Positions 26,803-37,622 of a stretch of 64,000 nucleotides of DNA are shown here, piece after piece. Source of the DNA: a virus. The position numbers and the translations under genes are program-made. The notes beneath the pieces are model-generated. The model searched no databases. It saw only the letters and a program-made list of their open reading frames with translations, and was not told where the DNA came from. The stretch's first letter is position 1, and every line of letters begins with the position of its first letter. The stretch is taken from positions 44,231 through 108,230 of IMG/VR virus record IMGVR_UViG_3300025096_000006. One strand, 5' to 3'.

Positions 26803-28915
26803 AATCCTCTACTCTAAATTTAAAGACATACGGCTGCTCTTTCCAGCTGCTTAATGTATTATCGTAAAAGGCAAACTTAAAACCATATTCATATCCAGCT
26901 TCTAACAGACTCATATCAAAATCAAAATAATTGCCAGAAACATCATACGAAAGAGCCGTATACATATCACTACCGGTGCCATATGGTACACACTCATATC
27001 CATCAAGTACTCTAAAAACACGATAAGATGCACTTTGTATGCTTGTAGTTTCAACCTCTTTGGTTGCTTTACTATAAATAGTTGGCGACCAGCCTTTTTC
27101 TCTAACATATAGTTCGAATCGAGACGTCTCATCATTTCTATATTTGTCTTGTAAGTTTGTAATATTCATATAATATGTTGGTCTTGATTTAATTTGACTA
27201 GCAACTAAAGTTTCTGGAATTATTGAGCCAGTGTGAAACCTAGTTGCGCTATCAGAAAACGAAGCTAAAGTTTGTAATGAGCCTGTAAACCAAACATCAT
27301 ACAACCTTGTAAGATCAGCAGAGCCCGTAAAGGCAAAGGAACAAGAATAAACACCTGTGGAGACAATTCCGCCAGTTGCAACTAGTCTATTAGCAGAATT
27401 AACATATGGTCCCTGACCGTCGACGGACAGCGTTTGACACGCGCCCGAAGCGTATCCAAGACCAGCATCTCCAGATGCAGAAATAGCATTATTATCTAAG
27501 TTTCCGGAAAATATACTAACATAAATTTCTTTTTTATATCCAGCAGAAGGTCCAAAGTTCGGAAGATCTTTTAATTCGCCACGAACATAATTGTAAAAAT
27601 AAATTGTATTCATATTGTCATATCGATCAGCAAGAGAGCTACTATAGAAGAAATTACCTCTATTGTCTCTTTTTGAATCATCCCAGCGCGCTTCGATAGT
27701 TGGTCTTTTAAAGAAATATTGACTTCCTCTTCCGAAAAATCTCTTAATATAATATGACACAGTAGATCCGCTAGGATTATAGATTACACCACCATCGCCC
27801 TCAGTATCTGATGAAACAGGATACACTTCCCCTGGAGATCTTGGGTGAGAGCCATCTGCTGAAGCTGAGGAATATGCTTCATAGCTAGCGCTTAACATAA
27901 CCCCAACACCATAATTTGAATATGTTCCCGCCATCCATTGCTCAACAAGTGGCGTAATATCAACTTCTAAGTCTTCTAATCCAGTTGAAAAATCTTTAGT
28001 AAAAATATGCTGTTCTTGATCAAAACTGTTAGGATCTGCTGCTTTGATGCTTGATGTATGATAAGAGCCACCAGCCAAAACAGTTCCATGAATATCTGAC
28101 CAATAACCAACAGTTGGAGTCGATGCCGACCATTGAGAGGTGGCTGTAATTATACTATCTGTAATTGCGGTACCCGCTATATCTGTAACACGATTTCCTG
28201 CAATGCTAGTAGAAGTCATAGTAAGAGCAACAGTTGCAGAGGAGGCTGTAGCTGTAATATTTAACGTTCCAGCGGTGCTGGCAGCGTTAACTGCAGCCGC
28301 AATGTTAGTAGCAAACTGTGCTGCATTACTGCTTGCATTTCCAAAAGCTATTTTTGTAGCAGTTGAGGTAGTAAGGATATTATCAATAGTAAATGTAACT
28401 GCATTGCCTTCCACATCAGTAATAATAAGAGTTCTTGTATTCGCTTGTCCTGCTGTTTTGCTGAGAGCAGTTAACGTTGCGGTGGCGCCGACATTCTCAG
28501 TATTAGAAGCAGACATCCAATGAGAGCCAACGTTTCCATATGTCTCATCCTTATATCCCTCTAAATCTATTCCATATCCTTCTTGCCAAGATTGTGAAAC
28601 AGCCATAATTGTCATTGTATAATCGCCCGGTACAGTTTTAGAGTGTGGTGCGTTATACATTTTTAGATAAAAACTAACACTGCCGCTAGCGGGAACAGTT
28701 CCGTTAGTTCGATCGGTAGATATATCAGTTATTGGAAACTTTATTAATGTACGAGCTAATTCAGCCGAACTTGTACTTTGGCGGCCATAGATAGAGAAAA
28801 CATCCAATATGTCTGCAGAGCCGGCATTTGATCCAGTAGCCCGAGTTTCTAAGTCGCTTTGATACACATTAGTTATTGTGTTATCTGCGTCTGCTATATA
28901 TTTTTTAATAGCCAT
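26792..28915 (-). CDS. virion structural protein (DNRLRE-like beta domain with an Ala/Thr-rich insert)
   Basis: ADADNTI, RTLIKF, VSQSWQEG, VDITPLVEQW, NYGVGV and RPTIEARWDD pattern; follows the baseplate wedge gene. Confidence 0.6.
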   Translation of the reverse strand: MAIKKYIADADNTITNVYQSDLETRATGSNAGSADILDVFSIYGRQSTSSAELARTLIKFPITDISTDRTNGTVPASGSVSFYLKMYNAPHSKTVPGDYTMTIMAVSQSWQEGYGIDLEGYKDETYGNVGSHWMSASNTENVGATATLTALSKTAGQANTRTLIITDVEGNAVTFTIDNILTTSTATKIAFGNASSNAAQFATNIAAAVNAASTAGTLNITATASSATVALTMTSTSIAGNRVTDIAGTAITDSIITATSQWSASTPTVGYWSDIHGTVLAGGSYHTSSIKAADPNSFDQEQHIFTKDFSTGLEDLEVDITPLVEQWMAGTYSNYGVGVMLSASYEAYSSASADGSHPRSPGEVYPVSSDTEGDGGVIYNPSGSTVSYYIKRFFGRGSQYFFKRPTIEARWDDSKRDNRGNFFYSSSLADRYDNMNTIYFYNYVRGELKDLPNFGPSAGYKKEIYVSIFSGNLDNNAISASGDAGLGYASGACQTLSVDGQGPYVNSANRLVATGGIVSTGVYSCSFAFTGSADLTRLYDVWFTGSLQTLASFSDSATRFHTGSIIPETLVASQIKSRPTYYMNITNLQDKYRNDETSRFELYVREKGWSPTIYSKATKEVETTSIQSASYRVFRVLDGYECVPYGTGSDMYTALSYDVSGNYFDFDMSLLEAGYEYGFKFAFYDNTLSSWKEQPYVFKFRVEDYEY

Positions 28916-30711
28916 TATACAATTTTACCTGATATATCGCCGGCTGGAAATTTAAGTTCAAATATTGCATTCTTTGGGCAAACAACATAAGCGCCGTCCG
29001 GAGAAAGATTTTTGTTTATATCAAACGTAACGCTGGAGTAATCGCTCCCACTTTTATTGGTTATTTTAACCTTTAGAACATCTAGCACTCCAGTAACTTC
29101 TTTTAGTGACTGATAAATATTGCTTATAATAAGGTGTTCTCCTATAAAAAACTTTTCTGAGTATAAATCAGATAATTCTGTTATACATGAATCTAATACA
29201 TCGTATGGATCTGCTGCAGCCTTTTTCTTTACAACAAACTCAATTCCTACATTGATGATATAAGGATCCAATATATCAATTGTATCATTTATCATTTTAT
29301 AATGAGTTAACCAAGTTTTTAAATTATTTTTAATTGTAGAGTTTGTAGCTATAAGATATCCAACATCATCTTCAGACATTACGTATAAATTAAGATTTCT
29401 TTTAATTGAGCTAGGATCTCTTTGTACGCTGCAGCGCAAAATTTGTCCAAACTTCTTAGGCATCCTATAAACTAAATTTTCATAATCAGCCTGCGTAACA
29501 GCGCGGTCCTGTGTTGGAAAAGTGTCATAAATTCTTCGTTTAACTTCTGCAGCACTTAAAGAAGAAACACTTCCCATAATCGGCGCCTCGTTCATAACTT
29601 CTATTGATGAATTGATATCAACTATCGTACTGCCAGCCAGCAAGGTTTCATCTTTAAATTCTAAAGCTGCCGAATTAACGCTGCTTAAGGCTCCTGCTCT
29701 TACATTAGAATTAGTAGGATCTGTCGATCTATAAACAATTGTCAGTGTAGTATTTACCGGCACAATACCCAAAGTTTGTGCTCGCGATAATCTAGTTGGA
29801 TCAAATGTAGTATCTGTAATATATGCCTTGCCGAAAGAATTTAACGCTACGTTTTGCGGATTTGCAACAGTGTCTGACGATGCAGATTCACCACTTCCAA
29901 ATTGAAGAGTTGTAGATGTTAGGGTTTGTTCCGCAACAAACTTTCTGGATACCAGCATAGGCTTTAAGATTGAAGCAACATTGTCATCTCTAAAGTCTCT
30001 GTTGGCGACCTCTCTATAAATCATGTCTTGAGAAAGATGTTCGACTTGGTAGTATTCATTTCCTTCGGAGTCAATAACAGAAATAATTTCTGAAACATTT
30101 TGTTTGGACATTTGTACTCTTAAAAATCTTTGGTACGATCCTATCTCGATTGCTTCTGAATTGAATTGTCCAGATACAACATTACCGTATGCTTTGACTG
30201 CATAATGAGTTGGGGCGCCCGTAGATTCATCTACTCGCGAAACTACTATGCGATTTGTTGGAACTGAGAAGTCAACATTTTCAGTTAACATGAAAATCGT
30301 ACCATTTTGGGTAGAGAATTGAGAACCTCTTTTTAAAACAGGAAGATATGCTTTGTCGGGTCCGACAGCAGTGCTGGATGCCGGTATCTGAAGGTATAAA
30401 GCTACCTCACCATATAACGATGGCCTTCCGGTATACTTGTAGCCCATAATTCTACCGTGCCTAATAATGTTTGAAAATTGATATGCAGTATCTAAAAACA
30501 TTTCATTTACATTATAGTCTAAATAAAATGAAAGTTGATCGCCCACATAAGCAATTGTGTCAACCATTAAGGCACCAAAAGAGCCTTCACTAAAGTCTCT
30601 AAAAGTGTCAGGATAGTATCTTTCTGCTATTCCAACTAGCTCATCGCGAATAGTCTCATAGTCTCTGGCAGTGTAGTCAATTGAAACTGATTTATTATCT
30701 TTTTTGGGCAT
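28915..30711 (-). CDS. baseplate wedge subunit (T4 gp6 / baseplate J-like)
   Basis: IDYTARDYETIRDEL, FRDFSEGS.G, FLDTA and QDRAVTQADY motifs. Confidence 0.88.
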   Translation of the reverse strand: MPKKDNKSVSIDYTARDYETIRDELVGIAERYYPDTFRDFSEGSFGALMVDTIAYVGDQLSFYLDYNVNEMFLDTAYQFSNIIRHGRIMGYKYTGRPSLYGEVALYLQIPASSTAVGPDKAYLPVLKRGSQFSTQNGTIFMLTENVDFSVPTNRIVVSRVDESTGAPTHYAVKAYGNVVSGQFNSEAIEIGSYQRFLRVQMSKQNVSEIISVIDSEGNEYYQVEHLSQDMIYREVANRDFRDDNVASILKPMLVSRKFVAEQTLTSTTLQFGSGESASSDTVANPQNVALNSFGKAYITDTTFDPTRLSRAQTLGIVPVNTTLTIVYRSTDPTNSNVRAGALSSVNSAALEFKDETLLAGSTIVDINSSIEVMNEAPIMGSVSSLSAAEVKRRIYDTFPTQDRAVTQADYENLVYRMPKKFGQILRCSVQRDPSSIKRNLNLYVMSEDDVGYLIATNSTIKNNLKTWLTHYKMINDTIDILDPYIINVGIEFVVKKKAAADPYDVLDSCITELSDLYSEKFFIGEHLIISNIYQSLKEVTGVLDVLKVKITNKSGSDYSSVTFDINKNLSPDGAYVVCPKNAIFELKFPAGDISGKIV

Positions 30712-30725
30712 CTAAAAAACCTCTT

Positions 30726-31094
30726 TTATATATCTAATGCTAATCGTTCTGTGATACCCACGCCAGGTATTGAATATGTTAACACTACTCCTAAATAATT
30801 ATGATCTGGATCTGCATATGGAAATTCTATGTTAAGTATTTGAATTCCTGGCATCCATTTACCAACTTGAGTACGAATTCGATCTTGAATGGCAGCATAA
30901 CTAGTTTGATTAAAATTAGAAAAGAAAAATTGTTTTAAACCAACGCCGTAATCCGGCACCATGACTCGTTCGCCGGGAGTTGTTAACATTAACATCTTTA
31001 AATTTTGTTTTGTTTGCGTTACAAAATCTTTTATCATTGTAAAGCCGTCCACTGAATCTGTGGATAATGGTAATAATACTGCTATGGAAGACAC
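30726..31094 (-). CDS. baseplate wedge protein gp25 / GPW-like
   Basis: QNLKMLMLTTPGERVMVPDYGVGL signature; adjacent to the gp6-like gene. Confidence 0.9.
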   Translation of the reverse strand: MSSIAVLLPLSTDSVDGFTMIKDFVTQTKQNLKMLMLTTPGERVMVPDYGVGLKQFFFSNFNQTSYAAIQDRIRTQVGKWMPGIQILNIEFPYADPDHNYLGVVLTYSIPGVGITERLALDI

Positions 31095-31110
31095 GTTATA
31101 TTTCCTTTAC

Positions 31111-31119
31111 TATAAATAT
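31111..31119 (-). promoter_or_regulatory. putative late promoter variant ATATTTATA
   Basis: Intergenic, upstream of the gp25-like gene; shares the TATTTAT core. Confidence 0.4.
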
Positions 31120-31121
31120 GC

Positions 31122-34100
31122 CTATTCATCACTTTTTTCACATAATTGACCGTTCAAATCATAAGGATTATCTCTTAATCTCCTTTTCTTCCATCTCGGC
31201 AAAAGTCTTTCGCCCGGTTTTGGTCGCATTGCATCTCTCAAATTTTTCATTACAATCTCTCCAGGACGGGGCTTTGACCAGCCATCAAAACTCCAATCTC
31301 TAAAATGATAATACTTTTTAAATCTTCTTTTTAGTTTAAGTTTTGTTCTTTTTAATAAGACCTTATCCCAATCATCCCACTCTCTAACATACAAAGTACC
31401 AATACTAGCAGCCTGTCTCTCCGCGGCGCTTGCCCAGCCGGCATTTCCACTAGTTTCTATGGATGCTATTTTACCGGCGCCATCTTTTGTTATCTCAGCA
31501 AAAACTCCCGGCTTTGTATCTTGGCTAGCATCGATTCCTATGGTATCGCCGGTGCTAACCGTCCATTCTCCAATTGAAGGAAGAAAAGCCATATCGCAAT
31601 ATATTGCTATTGTAGACAATATTTTATTTAACGGAAAAATATATTTGGTAAATAATTTAAAATTATCATCTTCTTTTAACATATTAACCAGACATAAAAG
31701 CAGTTTACTATTATCTTCTAAGGGTGCTACATTGTTTATTTTATAGTCCAAAGCATCAACCTCTACGGTTGTTAATGTAATTTTCTGATCGTTAATCATT
31801 ATAGAAAATTCTAAACCATGCCTAATTCCCAACTCACCAGTTAATCCGATAACCTGACCACTACCATAAGGATCTAAAACCTGCTCAAGCGATCCTGGAT
31901 ATAAATCAGATATATTAGGCATAGTTTCAGTACTGTAGGTTGAAGCTATTGTAGACAATTCATCCATAGCTGTGCTAACAGAATACTTGATACCATCAAT
32001 ACTCATGTATTTTTCTACCATAAATATTTTTGTAATATCGTAAGTTGTAGCTGTACCATAGTCACTTATGCTCCCAATTGGCACTATTACCTTACTAGCT
32101 GTAGGCTGTAAAATGTCGTGTGCTTCCTCTGTGTGAAACTCGCCAGCCATATAGATCATTGCTCCATCAGTGTCTTCGTGAATGTGATAATATCCTACAT
32201 AATCTTCTCCAGAAGACGAAGCTAGTTCTCCGCCAGATGAATAATATGGACCTGGATATTCATAACCTTGCTCACCTGGATCGGGCTCATCTTTGGTTGG
32301 TAATCCTACAATTTCTTCTTTAATTTTCTTATTTAATTCTAAGTTCGATCCGTGTGTTAATTTCATAAGAACATAATCTGCTAAATCAGAATAATATTCT
32401 CCCTCTTCAGGACCCATTTCGACTAATGACAAGTTATTTGTTAGTTTTTCCCCCATCTTATTTAATTCTTCAACAATTAAATGTCTTAATACCACTTTAG
32501 CGTCATCTGAAGAAGCCTGAACAGCTTCAAGATTTTCATTATATCGGTATGTTTTTATTGAACGTACCCGAGGCTCTTGTTTTAAATCTTTAGCAACTTG
32601 TAAACTATTGGCGTTGGGTCCCTCTGGGGATTTAGCGTTTGGAGATAGAGAAGGCTCTTTCATAGGATACATGCTTTTGTATGTTTCTTGAAAATTATTT
32701 AGGTTTGACATTGCAGTCAAAACGTTTTGAGGAGGTTCTAAAGTTGTTCCCTCGTCAAGCTTTCTACCATACATTTGAACCACTTGTTCTAAAAATGAAA
32801 ACCAAAATTCGTCATCTTTAAAAGGATTAAGCGCTTCGGATCCGGGGCCCTGTGCATCTCTAAAAGACTGTTCCATTTCTTCAACAATATATGCTGCATA
32901 TGCAGAACTAAACACCTCTGAAACTAATGGTTTAAATTTAGAAATTACGGGAATTATTTTTATTAAATGAGTGCATGCATAAATTCTACATGCTGCGGTG
33001 ATAAGCCCTTCTATTCCAGAAGCCGAAGCTCTTTCTAAAATTCTATTGTAAGGCAGCTCATAAACACAATCTGGATCTGCTTTTAATCTTTGGTCCTCGG
33101 GAATTGATGGATAAGACTCCTTCACCTGATCTTCAATTTCTTCAAAATCTACAAGATCTGTTCTGTTTGGTTTACACGGACTTAAATCGGGAAACAACAC
33201 ATCAATAAGACCAAGCCAGCCTTTATTAGGCATTGGCTTTATATAAAGAGGCGGATTCTTATAGCTACCTCCAAATTCCATAGGATCTAAATAAAATACT
33301 CTAGTTTTTTCAGGAGTTCCGGCCTCGATATTATCCCACATATCTCGACTTATTCCTAAAATTGCATCACTGTTTCTAATTTTACGCTGTCCGCCTGATG
33401 CATCTTCATCTTCAATTTCGCCTTTAGAATATAGCTCACCTTCATTAATGTATCCTTGCGGAACAAGGTAATCTATACCTGCCCTTGTTAAATCATCATA
33501 TTTGGCGCCATATTGAAAGGCTATATTGGGATTATCAGAATCTCCAGCAATATCAGAGACCAACATCTTAAATAAAGTTTGCATTTTCTCGTTATAAAAA
33601 CTTTTTGCTGTTGTTGTATCTACGCCTGTAATTTCAGACAACAGCACCACTTGAGGAGCATATTCAGAAATAGGTTCATCGGCATCTTCAGATCCTTCAA
33701 ATAGCACATTATAATTAGGATATTGTGTAAAGTTTAAATCAAGCCCCGAATACCATCCGTCATCAGATACAAATTCATATAATAATTCTTCACCAACTGA
33801 ATCAGAATCTCCGGATCCGTCCGGTTCAGCGCCGCCCTCTTCAATATCTAAATGTGCAGCTATAGATGGAACCATCGCATCAGGATTTTTTAGTTCAGTA
33901 ATCATAATTCTCATATTATCACTGCGGCGATTTGTTATTGTACCAGTTACTCCATTTTTCTCTAGATCGGACAAAAACATCTCTATTCTAAACCCTTCAG
34001 AAAAACTAGTTCCATACAGGGCTCTAAATCCTCTACCGTTATCTCTAAAGTCCAACGCAATATCGGGAGTGGCTTTCCTGCCCACTCTTCTAAAAACAAT

Positions 34101-37100
34101 TTTTTCATTTTGATAGTCAGTAAACATAGAAGTATTGTATTCAACGTTAGGTACTCTAATAAGTTTAACTTTTGTTACACCAAAAATATTTTCACTAAAT
34201 TTAAAATTCTCAAATGGCATTGAATAATATTCTGTATCTATCCAATCATTATTTGAATTAAACCCTGCATCTAAACTATTTGCCAAGTCTGTTGCATTGC
34301 CTCCAATTGGATCGTCTCCTTGAAGCTGATACTGCAGCCATTCAGCCATATATAGCGGGAAGGCACCTCTTTGAATTTGCATTGGCACATTTAAAAGCGC
34401 GCTACCATCGCTTCCAAAAAGAGGTTCTGCCTTGGTATAAAAATCAACATAAGAGGGATCATTGTAAGATTTTCTATAATGAGCGGTTAATGGCTTCCCC
34501 ATTGTGTCCGACATGATCATATTAATCATCCCCCATCTAGATTCGCCAGGGCCGTTTCCTAGCATATCAATTGAAAATGCTGTTTTTAAATCCTCCATAT
34601 CTCCTGCAAGAATTGCTACGGTGGCAGCAGCAACTGCAGGAGAATCATGAGGCAGCAGTCCATTGTCGCACCCAGGATCGGAAATTACAGGAGGTAGGTT
34701 CTTCTGTATGTATTCTGGCAAGCCTTGCAATACATCGGATAAATCTCCTAAATCATTTAGAAAGTCAGAATTATCACACAAAGCTAAAGCCTGAGCTGGA
34801 GTGGCTCTACCGCTATCTACCAGAAGTGCGGTTCTTAATTCGCAAAAATCTTCTATTTCTTCTGGAGATGCACAAATTGATGGGTTTGACGGAAGACCAT
34901 CATCTGGTAGATTTTTTAAAAAGTTTTCCAAATCATTTTTAAAGTTTGCTGGAAAAACATTTCCACAATTTTTAAAGAATGCGCCAACATCATTCTTGTT
35001 TGATATGCCATCTCTAAAGTCTGGATATTTATTCTCAAGCAAATTATCTACAACTAATAAAAATTCGCTTGAAGGACCGCCTAAAAATGCATTAATCAAT
35101 TCTGTAGCCGTAGTTGCCGATGAAACATCTGCAGCAAAATTAGAAACCTGTTGCTGATCTGATAGCGCAGCCGTTCCTACTCCCAGAGCAGCCAGCATTT
35201 CAGCAATAGTATCTTCAACTTGTTCGTCGTCTGCGTCACTGCCGCAGATAGCCTCTTTAACTATATCATTAAAAGTAGTTCTTCCGGTGACGAGATCTGG
35301 CAACCCAGCTGCTAAAGCACCAACAGTTTCTAGTGCTTTACAAACTGCTTTTCCTAGCAATTCGCATAATTTTGCCATTATCTTAAACAATATAGAGACA
35401 ATAATATCTTTTAATGCTTCAATTGCAGCATCAATAAGTGCTTTTGTAAGATCCTTCAGTTCTGGAATCCAAGCAAATGGATTGTCTAATCTTGGAATTA
35501 CCAGATCGCCAGTGGAGCGACAAAATGGAAGCTCTATACTTTTAATAAAATCCATTATTGTAGGATCAAACTGGGGAGGCCCTGGACAGTCAGCAGCTAC
35601 AATAATTTTTGTTATAAGGGCTACTCCGGGAAATTTATTTAAATGGTCCACAAGGCTTAGTAAATCTCCTTTGTATACTTCGATCATTGCAAGAATATAA
35701 GCTTGAAGTACAATATCAGGACTTAATTGATTTGAGGCTTTTCGATTGTCGTATGTCTGCGCTAAAGTTCTTTCTACTCGTTGACCATCAATTTCCTCTG
35801 GCTCATCATCATCAGCGCCGTAAACGTCCTCAGCTAATCTTCTATTTTTCCAGGGAGCAGCCCATTTTACTTTTCCTTGTGCTTCTTCTTTCAAGCGCAC
35901 ATTAAAGCTTTCCAAGTCTCCGTTTATAGCATCTGACATTTGCTGGGGATTTGAGTCGGAAGCAAAGAGATTTCCACTTTCAATCTTTTGCGCAACAAGA
36001 TTCGAAATCTTTTCTTGTTTTTCTGGTGGTAGTCCGACAAATAACTTTTCAAAATTATCTATTTCTAATGCGCGCATAGCCGACATTAAAATTTTAGACA
36101 AGCCAGCTTCTAAAGTCAGCCCTCCAAATAAACACTTTATTCCGTCCATGAGCATATCGGTTAAACCACAAATTTTAATTTGCTCAAAAGAGTCGCGCCA
36201 GACAGATCTTAAATCCTTACCGCCGTGCTCACCCTTGCCTTTTGGCGCCAGCGCCATGCACATCATACCAAAAGGATCGCCTTCCTCTTCTAATTGTTTA
36301 TATGCCTGTACTGCTGCTATTTTGGTTATGTGTTCCGACTGTCTGTAATTTGCATCATAATCAAATCCAAGTCTTCGATCAAACTCAACATTTTCATCCG
36401 GCTCCATGCACAATCGTTTATTAAATTCCCAAGCTAAAATATCAGCTAACCCAAAAACATCGTCCATGATATCTTGACCTAGTTGCTTAGCCTCTTGTTC
36501 TAATCGTCCAGCGATACAAGAGCCGACTGTAGCAGCTGGATCAGATTGATTTGCGGGATATCCAAATGTCTCCGTAATCAAAGGGTAGGTATGTTCTACC
36601 AAAAATTCTATCCACGGCTTTGGTTCTCTAGCTGTTAGATCGGTTACCATGTCATCTAATTTGGTTAAGTAAGCCATGGCTGTTTTGTCTTTAAAACTGT
36701 CACTATTATTGAGAGACTCTATCTGATCTTTTTTGAAGACAGTTGGATTTTCACCACAAGCAATAGTCCAAATTTTAAGTTTTTTTAACGTATATTCAGA
36801 GTCAAATCTTAATAGAAATTTAGTTATTCTATCTTTAAGAAAAGCCGGTCGAGAGCCGATGCCGGCTATATTATATCCTTTAGTGTTTAAAAACCTATCT
36901 AAATCTCTTATGGTATCACCTAAAGTAGAATTTCGACCACCATAATTCTCTAAATTAAAGATATTTCCGCCTTCTTCAAAAACTAAATTTCCATTTTCAA
37001 GACCTCTAAAAACTTTTAAATATCTGTTGTAGAGCTTTAGTCCTTTTCGTACTTGTATAAGCTTTTCTGTGAAGTCTTCAGGCTCATAAACTACAGTTAT

Positions 37101-37613
37101 ATCGGAAGATTCTTCATCTTCGTTATCATCAGGCTCAGGCGGTGCTGGATCTAATTCGTCTATAACACTATAATCTATAGAAAATAATAACTTTAATCTA
37201 CTAGTAGGTCTTACGTCAAGGTAGTAGCTTGTTTTTTCAAGAGCCGATCGAACTGCTTGCACAGAATCAGCTGAGCCGTCTTTAGAAAATCCTTTTATTA
37301 AGCTTTCAGCAGCTGTTTGCATATATTCAGAAAAAACACTTTGAAGAGCCTCTTCAGCTTCTTCTTCTGTTGCATTTTCAGGCGCATTTGTACTTTCGTA
37401 TGAGGTAACAACTGTTATTTGATATTTGCAAAGCTTTCCATTAAAATAAGGATCATCTTGTGTAAGTTCTTTCCAAGAAGGAACCATAGCAAACGGATTT
37501 GGTCTGCATTCCGGACAATATTTGGTTTCTTCAACATCAATTATTTCTTCACAAACATCAATTAATGAATCACCATTTTTGTCCTGATACTGTAAAAATT
37601 TAGATTCTGCCAT
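31122..37613 (-). CDS. very large acidic, largely helical virion-associated protein
   Basis: 2163 aa between spike and gp25 genes; scattered Cys pairs; YVGYYHIH motif. Confidence 0.55.
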   Translation of the reverse strand: MAESKFLQYQDKNGDSLIDVCEEIIDVEETKYCPECRPNPFAMVPSWKELTQDDPYFNGKLCKYQITVVTSYESTNAPENATEEEAEEALQSVFSEYMQTAAESLIKGFSKDGSADSVQAVRSALEKTSYYLDVRPTSRLKLLFSIDYSVIDELDPAPPEPDDNEDEESSDITVVYEPEDFTEKLIQVRKGLKLYNRYLKVFRGLENGNLVFEEGGNIFNLENYGGRNSTLGDTIRDLDRFLNTKGYNIAGIGSRPAFLKDRITKFLLRFDSEYTLKKLKIWTIACGENPTVFKKDQIESLNNSDSFKDKTAMAYLTKLDDMVTDLTAREPKPWIEFLVEHTYPLITETFGYPANQSDPAATVGSCIAGRLEQEAKQLGQDIMDDVFGLADILAWEFNKRLCMEPDENVEFDRRLGFDYDANYRQSEHITKIAAVQAYKQLEEEGDPFGMMCMALAPKGKGEHGGKDLRSVWRDSFEQIKICGLTDMLMDGIKCLFGGLTLEAGLSKILMSAMRALEIDNFEKLFVGLPPEKQEKISNLVAQKIESGNLFASDSNPQQMSDAINGDLESFNVRLKEEAQGKVKWAAPWKNRRLAEDVYGADDDEPEEIDGQRVERTLAQTYDNRKASNQLSPDIVLQAYILAMIEVYKGDLLSLVDHLNKFPGVALITKIIVAADCPGPPQFDPTIMDFIKSIELPFCRSTGDLVIPRLDNPFAWIPELKDLTKALIDAAIEALKDIIVSILFKIMAKLCELLGKAVCKALETVGALAAGLPDLVTGRTTFNDIVKEAICGSDADDEQVEDTIAEMLAALGVGTAALSDQQQVSNFAADVSSATTATELINAFLGGPSSEFLLVVDNLLENKYPDFRDGISNKNDVGAFFKNCGNVFPANFKNDLENFLKNLPDDGLPSNPSICASPEEIEDFCELRTALLVDSGRATPAQALALCDNSDFLNDLGDLSDVLQGLPEYIQKNLPPVISDPGCDNGLLPHDSPAVAAATVAILAGDMEDLKTAFSIDMLGNGPGESRWGMINMIMSDTMGKPLTAHYRKSYNDPSYVDFYTKAEPLFGSDGSALLNVPMQIQRGAFPLYMAEWLQYQLQGDDPIGGNATDLANSLDAGFNSNNDWIDTEYYSMPFENFKFSENIFGVTKVKLIRVPNVEYNTSMFTDYQNEKIVFRRVGRKATPDIALDFRDNGRGFRALYGTSFSEGFRIEMFLSDLEKNGVTGTITNRRSDNMRIMITELKNPDAMVPSIAAHLDIEEGGAEPDGSGDSDSVGEELLYEFVSDDGWYSGLDLNFTQYPNYNVLFEGSEDADEPISEYAPQVVLLSEITGVDTTTAKSFYNEKMQTLFKMLVSDIAGDSDNPNIAFQYGAKYDDLTRAGIDYLVPQGYINEGELYSKGEIEDEDASGGQRKIRNSDAILGISRDMWDNIEAGTPEKTRVFYLDPMEFGGSYKNPPLYIKPMPNKGWLGLIDVLFPDLSPCKPNRTDLVDFEEIEDQVKESYPSIPEDQRLKADPDCVYELPYNRILERASASGIEGLITAACRIYACTHLIKIIPVISKFKPLVSEVFSSAYAAYIVEEMEQSFRDAQGPGSEALNPFKDDEFWFSFLEQVVQMYGRKLDEGTTLEPPQNVLTAMSNLNNFQETYKSMYPMKEPSLSPNAKSPEGPNANSLQVAKDLKQEPRVRSIKTYRYNENLEAVQASSDDAKVVLRHLIVEELNKMGEKLTNNLSLVEMGPEEGEYYSDLADYVLMKLTHGSNLELNKKIKEEIVGLPTKDEPDPGEQGYEYPGPYYSSGGELASSSGEDYVGYYHIHEDTDGAMIYMAGEFHTEEAHDILQPTASKVIVPIGSISDYGTATTYDITKIFMVEKYMSIDGIKYSVSTAMDELSTIASTYSTETMPNISDLYPGSLEQVLDPYGSGQVIGLTGELGIRHGLEFSIMINDQKITLTTVEVDALDYKINNVAPLEDNSKLLLCLVNMLKEDDNFKLFTKYIFPLNKILSTIAIYCDMAFLPSIGEWTVSTGDTIGIDASQDTKPGVFAEITKDGAGKIASIETSGNAGWASAAERQAASIGTLYVREWDDWDKVLLKRTKLKLKRRFKKYYHFRDWSFDGWSKPRPGEIVMKNLRDAMRPKPGERLLPRWKKRRLRDNPYDLNGQLCEKSDE

Positions 37614-37622
37614 TTATAAGTC

